Both the position numbers and the translations under genes were made by a program. DNA of 34,564 nt from a virus (taxonomy: Duplodnaviria; Caudoviricetes): positions 1-34,564 of IMG/VR virus record IMGVR_UViG_3300048574_000391. The stretch is one strand, 5' to 3'. Positions 15,143 through 24,875 of this stretch are shown piece after piece. Each line of letters begins with the position of its first letter. The stretch's first letter is position 1. The notes under the pieces were generated by a model. It did no database searches and had not been told where the DNA came from. It saw nothing but the letters and a program-made list of their open reading frames with translations.

Positions 15143-16511
15143 TCGACCGACCTACGGCGGCAGGGTCGCACTCCTCGCGGAGGCGCTCGGCACACCACTG
15201 ATGCCGTGGCAGCGCTACGTCGCGGACGTCGCGCTCGAGGTCGACCCGACGACCGGGCTGCTCGTCTATCGCACGATCATCCTGACGGTCCCCCGCCAGT
15301 CGGGGAAGACGACCTTGATGCTCGCCGCGATGGTGCACCGGGCGCTCGGGTTCTCGTACCGCAACCAGATCACCTACTGGGCCCAGACCCGGATGGCCGC
15401 CCGCAAGAAGTGGGAAGACGAGCACCTCTTCATCCTCGATCGATCACCGCTGAAGCCGCTCTACACGGTCCGCAAGACCAACGGCCAGGAGGCCATCAAG
15501 TGGGCGAACGGGTCGCTCCACGGCATCGAGGCCAACACCGACTCCGCCGGCCACGGCCCAACACTCGACCTGGGCATGCTCGACGAGGCCTTCCGCCAGA
15601 TCGACAACCGGGTGGAGCAGGCCGCGAAGCCCTCGATGATCACGCGGCCCGAGCCGCAGTTCTGGATCGTCTCGACCGCCGGCAACGCGGACAGCACGTT
15701 CCTGTGGTCCAAGGTCGAGCTCGGCCGCTCCGTCATCGACATGGGCCGCGACTCCACCATCGCGTGCTTCGAATGGTCCGCCGCCGATGACCTCGATCCG
15801 CTCGACCCCGACACCTGGTGGTCGTGCATGCCGGCGCTCGGCCACACCGTCACCGTCGACAACGTCCAGGCCGACGCCGACTCGATGCCTCTCGGTGAGT
15901 TCGAACGGGCCTACCTCAACCGCTGGTCGGCGCTGCGCCGGGACCCCGTCATCCCCACCGCGGATTGGACCGGCGACGCCACCAAGGGCGAGGGCTGCTA
16001 CGACCCGAACTCCAAGCTCAGCGGTCGACCGTCGTTCGCCTACGACGTCAACCCCGACCGGTCGTGGGGCGCGATCGCCGCGTCGGACGGCCGCCACCAC
16101 GAGGTCATCGACCACCGGCCCGGCACCGGGTGGATCGCCGGGCGGCTCGCTGAGCTGAAGGACCGCCACAAGCCAAAGGCCGTGGCCACCGAGGTCGCCG
16201 CGCCGGGCGGCTCGCTCATCCCGGAGATCCGAGAGCGCGGCGTCGACATCACCGAGATGTCCGGCCGCGACGCCGCCGCGGCGCTCGGCCAGTTCTACGA
16301 CGCGGCGATCGACCACTCGATGCGCCACATCGGCCAGCCCGAGCTCGACCAGGCGCTCACCGGCGCAGCGATCCGCCGCCACGGCGACGCCCGCAGATGG
16401 GACCGCACCGACTCGAGCGTCGACATCTGCCCGCTCGTCGCGACGACCAACGCCGGATGGGCCGCCACCAGCGCACCGAAGTCGAAGACCAAGCCGGTCT
16501 TCGCGTACTGA
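15087..16511 (+). CDS. terL: Terminase large subunit (start probably TTG 15087; GTG 15027 is the alternative)
   Basis: LMPWQ motif, Walker A VPRQSGKTT, Walker B GMLDEA, WIVSTAG, C-terminal nuclease domain. Confidence 0.95.
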   Translation: MSSSSLACPPRWGTARNPDRPTYGGRVALLAEALGTPLMPWQRYVADVALEVDPTTGLLVYRTIILTVPRQSGKTTLMLAAMVHRALGFSYRNQITYWAQTRMAARKKWEDEHLFILDRSPLKPLYTVRKTNGQEAIKWANGSLHGIEANTDSAGHGPTLDLGMLDEAFRQIDNRVEQAAKPSMITRPEPQFWIVSTAGNADSTFLWSKVELGRSVIDMGRDSTIACFEWSAADDLDPLDPDTWWSCMPALGHTVTVDNVQADADSMPLGEFERAYLNRWSALRRDPVIPTADWTGDATKGEGCYDPNSKLSGRPSFAYDVNPDRSWGAIAASDGRHHEVIDHRPGTGWIAGRLAELKDRHKPKAVATEVAAPGGSLIPEIRERGVDITEMSGRDAAAALGQFYDAAIDHSMRHIGQPELDQALTGAAIRRHGDARRWDRTDSSVDICPLVATTNAGWAATSAPKSKTKPVFAY

Positions 16512-16525
16512 CCGAGGAGGGGACC

Positions 16526-16672
16526 ATGGACACGCTCGTGCAGCTCGCCGGGATCCTGTGCCTCGTCGCCGCCGCGGCGACCGTGCACGTCGCGCTCGGC
16601 CTGGTCGTGCTCGGCGTCGCTCTGCTCGTCATCGGCTACCGCCTCGAGGTGGCCAAGGGACGTGAGCGCTGA
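16526..16672 (+). CDS. 48-aa membrane protein between TerL and portal
   Basis: GAGGAGG RBS; two hydrophobic segments; TGATG coupling to portal. Confidence 0.75.
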   Translation: MDTLVQLAGILCLVAAAATVHVALGLVVLGVALLVIGYRLEVAKGRER

Positions 16673-18045
16673 TGGGCCTGTTCCGGCCAGCGCCACGCGC
16701 CACAGAGGTGCGCAGCCAGTTCCCGCCGTCGCGGCTCGAGGAGATCGTGGACGCCGCGCTGAACGGCGGCGCGGCGCTGCCGGCTCCGACACTCCAGGAG
16801 ATCCTCCACCACGCCGCGGCATGGGCGTGCATCGACGTCCTGTCATCCACCGTGCGGGCCCTGCCGATCGACTCGATCATGGCCAGCGCCGGGCGCCGTG
16901 TCCCCGTCGAGTCACCCCAGATCGTCACCAAGCCATCGCCGCTCACCTCGAGGCGCGTGTGGACCGGCCAGGTCATGTTCTCGCTGACCACCGACGGCAA
17001 CGGGTTCGGATGGGTCGACCTGAACAAGCTCGACCGGCTGGGCATGCCCACGTCGATCGACCTGCTCGACCCGAACCGCCTGCCCCGCGGCCGCCGCGAG
17101 ATCGTCGACGGCATCCCACAGGTCGAGCTCACCGGCACCGACAGCGCCGCCGGCGTGCACCAGCTGTGGCCATGGGGCCCGATCTGGCACGTGCCCGGCA
17201 AGATGGTCCCGCCCGGCACCGTGTTCGCACTGTCCCCCGCGGACCACGCAGCCGGAGCGATCGGCGCCGGGCTCAAGGCCCAGGAGTTCGCCGCCCGCTA
17301 CTTCCACGACGGCGGCCACCCCGACGCCATCCTCTCCTCCGACGAGGAACTCGATCCGGCCATGGCGACCCGGATCAAGGAGGCGTTCATGCGGGCGATC
17401 CGCCCCGGGCGCCGCGAGCCCGCCGTGCTCGGCTCCGGGATCACCTACACCCAGATCCAGGTCGACCCGAACAACACGCAGTTCCTCGAGCTCATCCGCT
17501 TCACCGTCGAGCAGGCGACCCGGTTCTGGCACGTCCCGCCGGCGATGATCTACGCGCAGATCAGCGGCCAGAACGTCAACTACCAGAACGTCTCCCAGGC
17601 GGATCTCCACTACCTGAAGCACTCGATCGAGGACTACCTGACCAACCTCGAGGACAGCTTCGAGCTGCTCACCCCCACCGGGATGCAGCACCGGTTCAAC
17701 CGCGACGCCTTCCTGCGCGCCGACCCCAAGGCCCGCGCCGAGCTCCACAAGCTCCGCCTCGAGACCAAGACCCGCACCCCGAACGAGGTGCGCGTCATCG
17801 AGGACGAGCCCCCGTTCGACGGCGCCGAGTTCGACCAGCCCGGCATCCCGTCCAGTGCCGGCGAGCTCGAGCAGGCCCGCGGCGTCGCGGAGGTCCTCCA
17901 GAAGCTGTACCTCGCCGTCGTCAACGACGTGATCAGCGCGGAGGAGGGCCGCGGCATCGCCAACCGCGCCGGTGCCCAGCTCACCGGACCCGCCCCGACA
18001 CCCGCCGCCCCCGCTCCCCAGGAGGATCCCGATGTCGCTGCGTGA
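16672..18045 (+). CDS. Portal protein, HK97 family
   Basis: AWACIDVL...LP, DGNGF, YFHDGGHP, QFLE, TPNEVRVIEDEPPFDG. Confidence 0.93.
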   Translation: MGLFRPAPRATEVRSQFPPSRLEEIVDAALNGGAALPAPTLQEILHHAAAWACIDVLSSTVRALPIDSIMASAGRRVPVESPQIVTKPSPLTSRRVWTGQVMFSLTTDGNGFGWVDLNKLDRLGMPTSIDLLDPNRLPRGRREIVDGIPQVELTGTDSAAGVHQLWPWGPIWHVPGKMVPPGTVFALSPADHAAGAIGAGLKAQEFAARYFHDGGHPDAILSSDEELDPAMATRIKEAFMRAIRPGRREPAVLGSGITYTQIQVDPNNTQFLELIRFTVEQATRFWHVPPAMIYAQISGQNVNYQNVSQADLHYLKHSIEDYLTNLEDSFELLTPTGMQHRFNRDAFLRADPKARAELHKLRLETKTRTPNEVRVIEDEPPFDGAEFDQPGIPSSAGELEQARGVAEVLQKLYLAVVNDVISAEEGRGIANRAGAQLTGPAPTPAAPAPQEDPDVAA

Positions 18046-18841
18046 CACCGCTCCCCGCGACAACCTCTACCGCGGCTTCGCCGGCGCCGGCATCGCGCCC
18101 GAGCTCCGCGCCGACGACGACGCCGGCGGCGGCACCGGTTCGCTCATGTTCGGGCACTTCGCCGTGTTCGACCAGTGGACCGAGATCCACTCGTGGTACG
18201 AGGGCGACTTCCTCGAGACGCTCGTCGCCGGATCGTTCACCAAGACCATCGCCGAGAACCGCGACCAGGTGAAGGTCCAGTTCGACCACGGCTACGACTT
18301 CCACGTCGGCGACAGCCCGCTCGGCCCGATCGAGGACCTGTCCGAGGACAACACCGGCGCCTACTACGAGGTGCCGCTGCTCGACACCGACTACAACCGC
18401 GGCCGCATCCTGCCGATGCTCCAGGGCCGCACCATCGACGGCCGCAACCTCGGCTCGGTGCTCGGTGCGTCGTTCCGGTTCCGGGTCATCAAGGACGAGT
18501 GGGACGAGGAGCCCGGCCGCTCCGACCACAACCCCGATGGCCTGCCCGAGCGCACCATCAAGGAAGTCCGGCTCTACGAGTTCGGACCCGTGGTCTTCCC
18601 CGCGTACGACGGCGCCACCGCCGCGGTGCGCTCCATCGGGCTGACCGACCACTACCTCGAGCGGCGCCGCGAGCTGCGCAGCGCCCGCACCACTACCCGC
18701 CCACCCGCCGAACTGCCAGCCGGTCCGACCACTGGCAGCGACGCACCCGACGAGCCGGCGCGGAGCCACTCGACGGAACCCACCCGCGCAGGCGTGCCCG
18801 TTCACGTGATGCGCAAGCACCTCTCATCAAGGAGACGATGA
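18032..18841 (+). CDS. Prohead maturation protease, HK97 family
   Basis: GHFAVFD, QFDHG, GASFRF, LYEFGPVVFPAY; GGAGG RBS. Confidence 0.93.
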   Translation: MSLRDTAPRDNLYRGFAGAGIAPELRADDDAGGGTGSLMFGHFAVFDQWTEIHSWYEGDFLETLVAGSFTKTIAENRDQVKVQFDHGYDFHVGDSPLGPIEDLSEDNTGAYYEVPLLDTDYNRGRILPMLQGRTIDGRNLGSVLGASFRFRVIKDEWDEEPGRSDHNPDGLPERTIKEVRLYEFGPVVFPAYDGATAAVRSIGLTDHYLERRRELRSARTTTRPPAELPAGPTTGSDAPDEPARSHSTEPTRAGVPVHVMRKHLSSRRR

Positions 18842-18844
18842 ACA

Positions 18845-20329
18845 ATGAAGTGGCTCGAACTGCTCCGCGCCAAGCGAGCGGAGCTCGACACGACCCGCGC
18901 CGCCCTGGTGGCGCGCATGGAGGCCGCGACCGCGGCCGCGGAGGCCGAAGGACGCTCGGAGCTCAGCGACGAGGAGTCGGTGGAGTTCGCCGCTGCTCTC
19001 GTCGAGCTGCGCGGCACCCCGGCCACTGACACCACCCCGGAGGTCCGCGGCCTCGATGCGGAGATCGACGAGCTCGACGAGCGCATCGCCGAGCTCACCG
19101 CGATCGACGAGCGTGCCCGCCTGTCGCCCGGCTCCCCGCAGATCATGCGCCGCGTCGAGGTCGACGAGTCGGTGGAGGTGGCCACGCTCACCCGCGGCGC
19201 CGCCCGCGACCAGGCGCTCGCGCTGCTCGAGCAGCGCAGCGGTGAGATCAACACCGCCTCCGGCGACCGGATCACCGCGCTGGTGCGCAGCTCGCGCACC
19301 GACAACTACGACCCCGACCAGGTCGCCCGCCGCATGCTCGTCACCGAGTCCGACGCCTACCGCTCGGCGTGGATGAAGGCCGTCACCGCCGTGGTGCCGG
19401 CGTTCACCCCGGAGGAAGCACGGGCCCTCGCCCAGTTCGAGGAGCTCCGTGCCATGTCGTCGACCACGACCGCCGGCGGCTTCGGCGTGCCGGTGCTCAT
19501 CGACCCGACGATCATCCTGACCGCGCAGGGCGCGCTCAACCCGATCGAGGCACTCGCCCGGGTCGAGACGATCACGACCGACGCGTGGAAGGGCGTGAGC
19601 TCGGCCGGCGTCACCTGGTCCTTCGACACCGAGGCCACCGAGGTCAGCGACGACGCGCCGACGGTCGCTCAGCCGGTCGTCAACGTGCACGAGGCCCGCG
19701 GCTTCATCCCGTTCTCGATCCGGATCGGCCAGGACTACCCCGGCTTCGCGGACGAGATGTCGACGCTGCTCTCCGAGGGCTACAACGAGCTCAAGGCGCA
19801 GAAGTTCACCGTCGGCGCGGGCGACGGCTCCAAGGAGCCGTTCGGCATCTTCACCGCGCTGGACGCCAACACCAACGTCGAGGTCGTCGTCACCAGCGAC
19901 GGCGTGCTCCAGGGCGCCGACATCAACAAGGTGTGGGGAGCGCTGCCCGACCGCTACAAGACCAACGCGACGTGGCTGATGAGCCACGACGTCGGCAACG
20001 AGGTCGCGACGTTCGGCAACGGCAACAACCTGTCGTTCGTCACCGTCGACCTCGCCGGCGTGATCGAGACGATCCGCAAGCGGCCCGTCGCGTTCGCGTC
20101 CTACGCCCCGGACTTCACCGGCAACACCGGAGCAGCGAACCTGCTCACCGTCGGCGACTTCCGGAACTACCTGATCGCCCAGCGCATCGGGATGACCGTC
20201 GAGCTCGTCCCGCACCTGCTCGGCACCACCAACGGCCGGCCCACCGGCGAGCGCGGCTGGTTCGCGTTCGCACGCGTCGGCGCCGACTCCGTCAACGACC
20301 TCGGTTTCCGCCTCCTGCAGAACACCTGA
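18845..20329 (+). CDS. Major capsid protein, HK97 fold with N-terminal delta/scaffold domain
   Basis: Coiled-coil N-terminus; AGGFGVP; GAGDGSKEPFGI; VGDFRNY; after protease. Confidence 0.93.
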   Translation: MKWLELLRAKRAELDTTRAALVARMEAATAAAEAEGRSELSDEESVEFAAALVELRGTPATDTTPEVRGLDAEIDELDERIAELTAIDERARLSPGSPQIMRRVEVDESVEVATLTRGAARDQALALLEQRSGEINTASGDRITALVRSSRTDNYDPDQVARRMLVTESDAYRSAWMKAVTAVVPAFTPEEARALAQFEELRAMSSTTTAGGFGVPVLIDPTIILTAQGALNPIEALARVETITTDAWKGVSSAGVTWSFDTEATEVSDDAPTVAQPVVNVHEARGFIPFSIRIGQDYPGFADEMSTLLSEGYNELKAQKFTVGAGDGSKEPFGIFTALDANTNVEVVVTSDGVLQGADINKVWGALPDRYKTNATWLMSHDVGNEVATFGNGNNLSFVTVDLAGVIETIRKRPVAFASYAPDFTGNTGAANLLTVGDFRNYLIAQRIGMTVELVPHLLGTTNGRPTGERGWFAFARVGADSVNDLGFRLLQNT

Positions 20330-20344
20330 GGGCGTTGCCCTGAT

Positions 20345-20391
20345 CGTCGTGGACCGGTCCTTCCCCGGGCGGTGGGGACCGGTCCACGACG
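20345..20391 (+). terminator. 16-bp perfect stem-loop after capsid gene
   Basis: CGTCGTGGACCGGTCC (20345-20360) / GGACCGGTCCACGACG (20376-20391). Confidence 0.7.
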
Positions 20392-20430
20392 TCACCACCG
20401 TCCGGAACACCAACCCGAAGGGAGCCGACC

Positions 20431-20688
20431 ATGGCCCTCGTATTCGCGCGCACCACGTGCGTCACCAGCCTCGGAGAGACCCGGGTCAACCTCACCGCCG
20501 GTGAGGCCTGGGACGCCGAGGATCCGCTCGTCGCCGAGCACCCCGACCTGTTCATCGAGCAGCCGCCACTGCTGCGCCGCACCCACGGCGGGCTCGCGGT
20601 CAGCCAGGCCAACCCCGAGGTCGAAGACGCGACCGCCCGCCCGGGCGAGAAGCGCTCGACCCGCCGCAGCCGCTCCAAGGCCAAGTGA
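20431..20688 (+). CDS. Small capsid-adjacent protein (85 aa)
   Basis: GGAG RBS; VEDATARPGEKR motif recalled from actinophage post-capsid proteins. Confidence 0.75.
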   Translation: MALVFARTTCVTSLGETRVNLTAGEAWDAEDPLVAEHPDLFIEQPPLLRRTHGGLAVSQANPEVEDATARPGEKRSTRRSRSKAK

Positions 20689-21443
20689 CGACTCCGAGCG
20701 GCGACGTCGCGCTGGGCCTCGTGCACAGCCACGACGTCACCTACTCGTTCCACCGGTCCGTGCTCGGGGTCATGCTCCATGACCTCGAGCACGACCGCCG
20801 GCTCCTCCACGACATCGCGGTGAAGTGCGGATCCGGCGGACTCGTCGAAGCCCGCAACCAGACCGCCGCCGCGTTCCTCTCCGGACCGGCGGAGTGGCTC
20901 TGGGTCGTCGACACCGACATGGGCTTCGCGCCCGACACCCTCGATCGACTGCTCGCCGCGGCGGATCCGGTCGAACGCCCGATCGTCGGCGCCCTGTGCT
21001 TCGCGTGGATCGAGGGCGAGCAGGACGGCATGGGCGGATGGCTCTGCGGCACCCGGCCGACCATCTTCCAGTTCGGCGAGGTCGCCGGCGAGAAGACCTT
21101 CGCCGCAGTCTCCGAGTACCCGCCCGACCAGCTGGTGCGCTGCGCCGCCACCGGCTCGGCGTGCATCCTCATCCACCGCGGTGTCCTCGAGGCGATCACC
21201 GAAGGCCACGGCCCCACCTGGTACGACCGCATCGCCACCGGCGCCGGCCGACTGCTCGGCGAGGACATCAGCTTCTGCGCACGCGCCGGCTCCGTCGGCG
21301 CAGCGGTCCACGTCCACACCGGCGTGCACACCAACCACCAGAAGACCGTGTGGGTGTCGCACCACCAGCACCCACCCGCCCAGGCCGAAGGGTTCCTCGT
21401 CGGCGAGAGCGGCCCCGAGCTCTTCGAGGTCCCCACCCGATGA
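20685..21443 (+). CDS. Soluble GT-A fold glycosyltransferase (GT2-like)
   Basis: ARN...FL...EWLWVVDTDM (DxD), ATGSACILIHR, GEDISFC, terminal H-x-K. Confidence 0.85.
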   Translation: MTTPSGDVALGLVHSHDVTYSFHRSVLGVMLHDLEHDRRLLHDIAVKCGSGGLVEARNQTAAAFLSGPAEWLWVVDTDMGFAPDTLDRLLAAADPVERPIVGALCFAWIEGEQDGMGGWLCGTRPTIFQFGEVAGEKTFAAVSEYPPDQLVRCAATGSACILIHRGVLEAITEGHGPTWYDRIATGAGRLLGEDISFCARAGSVGAAVHVHTGVHTNHQKTVWVSHHQHPPAQAEGFLVGESGPELFEVPTR

Positions 21444-22258
21444 GAGCCGGACCTGACGCCGCCCGCTACCTGCTCGCCGGCCAGGGCCAGCGAATCGCCC
21501 GACCGTTCCACCTCCGATGGCTGCTCCCATGGCTGTGCCGAGATGACCTGCGCCGCTGGTGGGCGATGTGGATCGCCTCGTGGTTCGTTGCCGGCGCATC
21601 GGTACTTTGGTGGGCAGGGGCACGGGGCGTGGAGTGGCACGTCGCGGCCGCCGCGGTCGTGCTGCTCCTCGCTCTGCCCGGCGTGCTCGGCCCGCCGGTC
21701 GTGCGTCCCGTCGGCGTCGACCTCCCCGCGATGGCCCTGTCGGTCCTCGCCGTCGCTGCACTCGAGCAGGGGTGGTGGCCGCTCGCCGTCGCCGTCGTGC
21801 TGGTCGCCGCGACGATCAAGGAATCCACACCCCTGTGGGCCGCCCTGTGGGCCGCTCACCCGATACTGCTCGTCGGGCTCGCCGCCCCGCTGATCCGGGG
21901 ACTGTTCTGGCGTCCCGCCGTCGACGAGGTCACCGCACACCCACACCTGCTCGAGGTGCACGACCATCCGGTGCGCAGCGCTCTCGCCGCTCACCGGGGC
22001 CGATGGCGCGACGCGTGGCTGATGGTCGCTCCGTGGGGCGTGTGCGTCGTCGGCCTCGTCGAGCCCAGCCCCGCGCTCGTCCTCGTCGTGGTCGCCGCGT
22101 ACGCGCAGCTGCTCGTCGCTACCGACACCGTGCGTCTCGTCCACACCGCCGCCGGCCCGGCCGTTGCGCTCGCCGCGGCGCAGGTCATCCCGCTCGAGCT
22201 GCTCGCTCTGGCGTGCGTCGTGCACGTCGTGTGGTGGCGCCGACCCGAGTTCGTCTGA
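21440..22258 (+). CDS. Polytopic membrane protein, GT-C-like glycosyltransferase (272 aa)
   Basis: ATGA overlap; about 7-8 hydrophobic helices; D...Y, PFxxRxLxPxL, VD, KE, DxxR pattern. Confidence 0.65.
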   Translation: MRAGPDAARYLLAGQGQRIARPFHLRWLLPWLCRDDLRRWWAMWIASWFVAGASVLWWAGARGVEWHVAAAAVVLLLALPGVLGPPVVRPVGVDLPAMALSVLAVAALEQGWWPLAVAVVLVAATIKESTPLWAALWAAHPILLVGLAAPLIRGLFWRPAVDEVTAHPHLLEVHDHPVRSALAAHRGRWRDAWLMVAPWGVCVVGLVEPSPALVLVVVAAYAQLLVATDTVRLVHTAAGPAVALAAAQVIPLELLALACVVHVVWWRRPEFV

Positions 22259-22267
22259 GGAGGTGCC

Positions 22268-23107
22268 GTGACCATCGCCGATCACCGCGTGCTCCAGGGC
22301 TCCACACCGACGATCGGTGTCGAGTGGCGCGACCAGGAGGGCGACCCGATCGAGCCGACCGGGACCGTCACCGTGCACGTCGTCGACCTCGCCGGAGCCG
22401 ACGTCGTCGCCGCCGGCACCGCGACCGTCACCCCGACCGAGTCGCCCACGGCGCGCACCGTGGCCCTGCCCCGAGTCGCGGAGCTCGACCTGCTCACCGC
22501 CACCTGGTCCGAGGTCGACGGCGCCACGTGGACCACCACGATCGAGGTCGTCGGCGGCTTCTACGCCGGCATCCAGGCCGTGCGGGCGAGCGACGCGACG
22601 TTGGCCGACGAGGAGAAGTACCCGGCGTGGGAGATCGTCCGGGCCCGGCGAGCGGTCGAAGACGAGTTCGAACGCATCATCGGCCACGCCCTGGTGCCCC
22701 GCATCGCCCGCTACACCGAGGCCGGCGCCCGCCACTCCGTCGTGCTCCCCCACCTCGAGGTGCGCGACGTCCGCACGCTCACCATCGCCGGCGCCACCGC
22801 AGCACCCCTCGCGGTGCACCACGGTGCCGGCGTGATCACGATCGGCACCGGCGGCGACCTGGACGTCATCTACACCCAGGGCTTCGACCGGCCCACCGCG
22901 GAGGCGCTCGAGGCGTTCTACCTGCGTGTGCGCGACGTGCTGAACCGCTCAAAGCGCGGCGTCGCTGACCGCACCACCACGTTCACCAGCGAGCTCGGCG
23001 GCACCTACAGCCTCGCCGTTGCGGGCCGCGGCGGCTCGCTCACCGGCATCCCCGACGTCGACGTCGTACTCCGAGGACTCGCCCGCAAGACCCCGGGCAT
23101 GGCCTGA
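22268..23107 (+). CDS. Head-tail adaptor (gp6/gp15-like) with N-terminal beta-rich domain
   Basis: GGAGG RBS; position; beta-rich first ~95 aa, then helical AVEDEFERIIG adaptor-like region. Confidence 0.7.
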   Translation: MTIADHRVLQGSTPTIGVEWRDQEGDPIEPTGTVTVHVVDLAGADVVAAGTATVTPTESPTARTVALPRVAELDLLTATWSEVDGATWTTTIEVVGGFYAGIQAVRASDATLADEEKYPAWEIVRARRAVEDEFERIIGHALVPRIARYTEAGARHSVVLPHLEVRDVRTLTIAGATAAPLAVHHGAGVITIGTGGDLDVIYTQGFDRPTAEALEAFYLRVRDVLNRSKRGVADRTTTFTSELGGTYSLAVAGRGGSLTGIPDVDVVLRGLARKTPGMA

Positions 23108-23538
23108 TGCAGCCCTCCAGCATCCCCCGCGTGAAGTCCGCTCTCGTCACCGCGCTCGAGTCGGCGACCTGGCCGGGCGCACGGCCGACGGTGTCGTGGG
23201 GATGGCCCCGCGGCGATCACCGCGAGATGGTCCTCGTCGGCGACACGCTCTCGTCGAGCCAGCGGTGGTCACATCTCGGCGCTCGGCTCCGCGAGGAGGA
23301 CTACACGCTCGAGGTCGTCATCAGCGTGCTGCACCCCGGCGACACCCAGCAGGAAGCGACCGAGCGGGCCTTCGCCCTCCTGGCCGTGATCGAGGAGACC
23401 CTTCGCAGCGGGCCGAACCTCGACCTGCCCGGCATCACGTTCGCAGAGATCGCCGATCCCGACCTCGCCGAAGCACCGGCGGACGAGGGCTACGCCGCGG
23501 TGATCGTCACCGGCATCCACGTCACCGGCCGCATCTGA
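23107..23538 (+). CDS. Tail terminator-like protein
   Basis: 143 aa; alpha/beta pattern typical of tail terminators; upstream of tail tube gene. Confidence 0.65.
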   Translation: MQPSSIPRVKSALVTALESATWPGARPTVSWGWPRGDHREMVLVGDTLSSSQRWSHLGARLREEDYTLEVVISVLHPGDTQQEATERAFALLAVIEETLRSGPNLDLPGITFAEIADPDLAEAPADEGYAAVIVTGIHVTGRI

Positions 23539-23549
23539 GGAGGCGCCCC

Positions 23550-23885
23550 ATGTCCACCACCAAGGTCCGCTACATCGGCCCGTTCGCCGCGGTCGAAGTC
23601 CCGCTCGACCACCGCGGCAACTTCGCCCTGTGCCCCCGCGGCGAGGTCGTCGAGCTCCCCACCGAGCTCGTGCTCGGCGTGCCCGGCCAGGGAGAGCCGC
23701 CGTCGCTCGAGAACGACCTGAAGGGCTCCGACGACTGGGTGCCCGAACGCGGTGGCCTGCTCGACCAGGAAGAGAACTGGGAGCGCGTCGGCCGAGCTCG
23801 ACGCCAGAAGGACGACGAGCCCCCGGCCGAGCCGCCCACCGACACCACCACACCCGCCGCCCCTGAGACCTCCGAGGAGGCCTGA
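23550..23885 (+). CDS. Small pre-tail-tube protein with Pro/Thr-rich C-terminus (111 aa)
   Basis: GAGGAGG RBS; KVRYIGP start; TGATG coupling to tail tube gene. Confidence 0.75.
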   Translation: MSTTKVRYIGPFAAVEVPLDHRGNFALCPRGEVVELPTELVLGVPGQGEPPSLENDLKGSDDWVPERGGLLDQEENWERVGRARRQKDDEPPAEPPTDTTTPAAPETSEEA

Positions 23886-24871
23886 TGTCCGGAACCCGTG
23901 CACAGCTGGGCGTGGTGAAGGAGACCACCTACGGCTCGCCCGTCACCGTCACCCGGTTCTTCGAGTTCAACTCGGAGTCGGGCCAGGTCCAGGTGGGCCG
24001 CGTCGACTCCACCGGCATGCGCGCCGGGCAGCGCGTGCAGCGCTCCGACCGCCGAGTGCCCTACATCGTCGGAGCGACGAACACCTTCAACCTGGACGTG
24101 CTCTCCGCCGGGTTCGGCTGGTGGCTCGAGCTGATCTGCGGTTCGATCGCCACCACCGGGCCGGTCGACACCACCGTCTACAGCCACGCCGCGACGATCG
24201 GTGATCTGGCCGGGAAGATGTTCACCGCGCAGGTCGGCGTGCCGCTCGTCGGCACCTCGGTCGTGCAGCCCAAGACGCTGCACGGCGGCAAGGTCACCGC
24301 GGCGACGTTCTCCTGCAACGCGGGTGAGGCGCTCAAGGCGTCGATCGAGTGCGACTTCGAGGACCTCGAGTTCGACACATCGCTGGCCGTGGCGTCGTAC
24401 CCGGCAGCGGCGAACGAGCCGATCACGTTCCTCGGTGGCACCTGCGAGATCGCCGACTCCGCCGTGGACATCACGAGCTTCAGCGTCAAGATCACCAACC
24501 CGCTGAAGACGGACCGCCGCTACCTGCGCGGCTCCGGACTCAAGAAGCAGCCGCTCGAGAACGACCTCCGCAAGATCGAGGTCACCCTCGGTTGCGACTG
24601 GGAGTCGACCACGCACCAGGCCCGCGTGCTCTCGGCGTCCGCCGCCGGCGCCCAGGCGAAGCTCGAGCTGTTCAACTCCGGCCTGCTCACCATCGGCGGC
24701 GCGCAGAAGGCCGGGCTCGACATCGTGATCCCCGTCGTGATGTTCGACGGCGACACCCCGACGGTCGGTGGCCCCGACCTGGTGCCCCAGTCGCTCAAGG
24801 GCATCGGCCTGCACGACGGGTCGAACTCGCCGATCACCATGACCTACCGGTCGACGGACTCGACCGCCTGA
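23885..24871 (+). CDS. Major tail (tube) protein
   Basis: QLGVVKETTYG start; beta-rich 328 aa; precedes chaperones and tape measure. Confidence 0.85.
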   Translation: MSGTRAQLGVVKETTYGSPVTVTRFFEFNSESGQVQVGRVDSTGMRAGQRVQRSDRRVPYIVGATNTFNLDVLSAGFGWWLELICGSIATTGPVDTTVYSHAATIGDLAGKMFTAQVGVPLVGTSVVQPKTLHGGKVTAATFSCNAGEALKASIECDFEDLEFDTSLAVASYPAAANEPITFLGGTCEIADSAVDITSFSVKITNPLKTDRRYLRGSGLKKQPLENDLRKIEVTLGCDWESTTHQARVLSASAAGAQAKLELFNSGLLTIGGAQKAGLDIVIPVVMFDGDTPTVGGPDLVPQSLKGIGLHDGSNSPITMTYRSTDSTA

Positions 24872-24875
24872 CCCG

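Noticed and set aside
15027-15200. TerS-TerL programmed frameshift fusion
   Set aside because: In-frame TTG 15087 explains the conserved-looking N-terminus as a simple 56-nt overlap; no slippery site seen
20685-22258. Classical gtrABC serotype-conversion cassette
   Set aside because: No GtrA flippase, GT-A lacks GtrB C-terminal TM helices, and the genes are coupled within the late operon with no own promoter
16912-22822. Long minus-strand ORFs (e.g. 16912-18063, 18827-20413, 20741-22822) and Arg-rich alternative-frame ORFs throughout
   Set aside because: Shadow ORFs expected at very high GC opposite well-supported genes; no motifs or RBS
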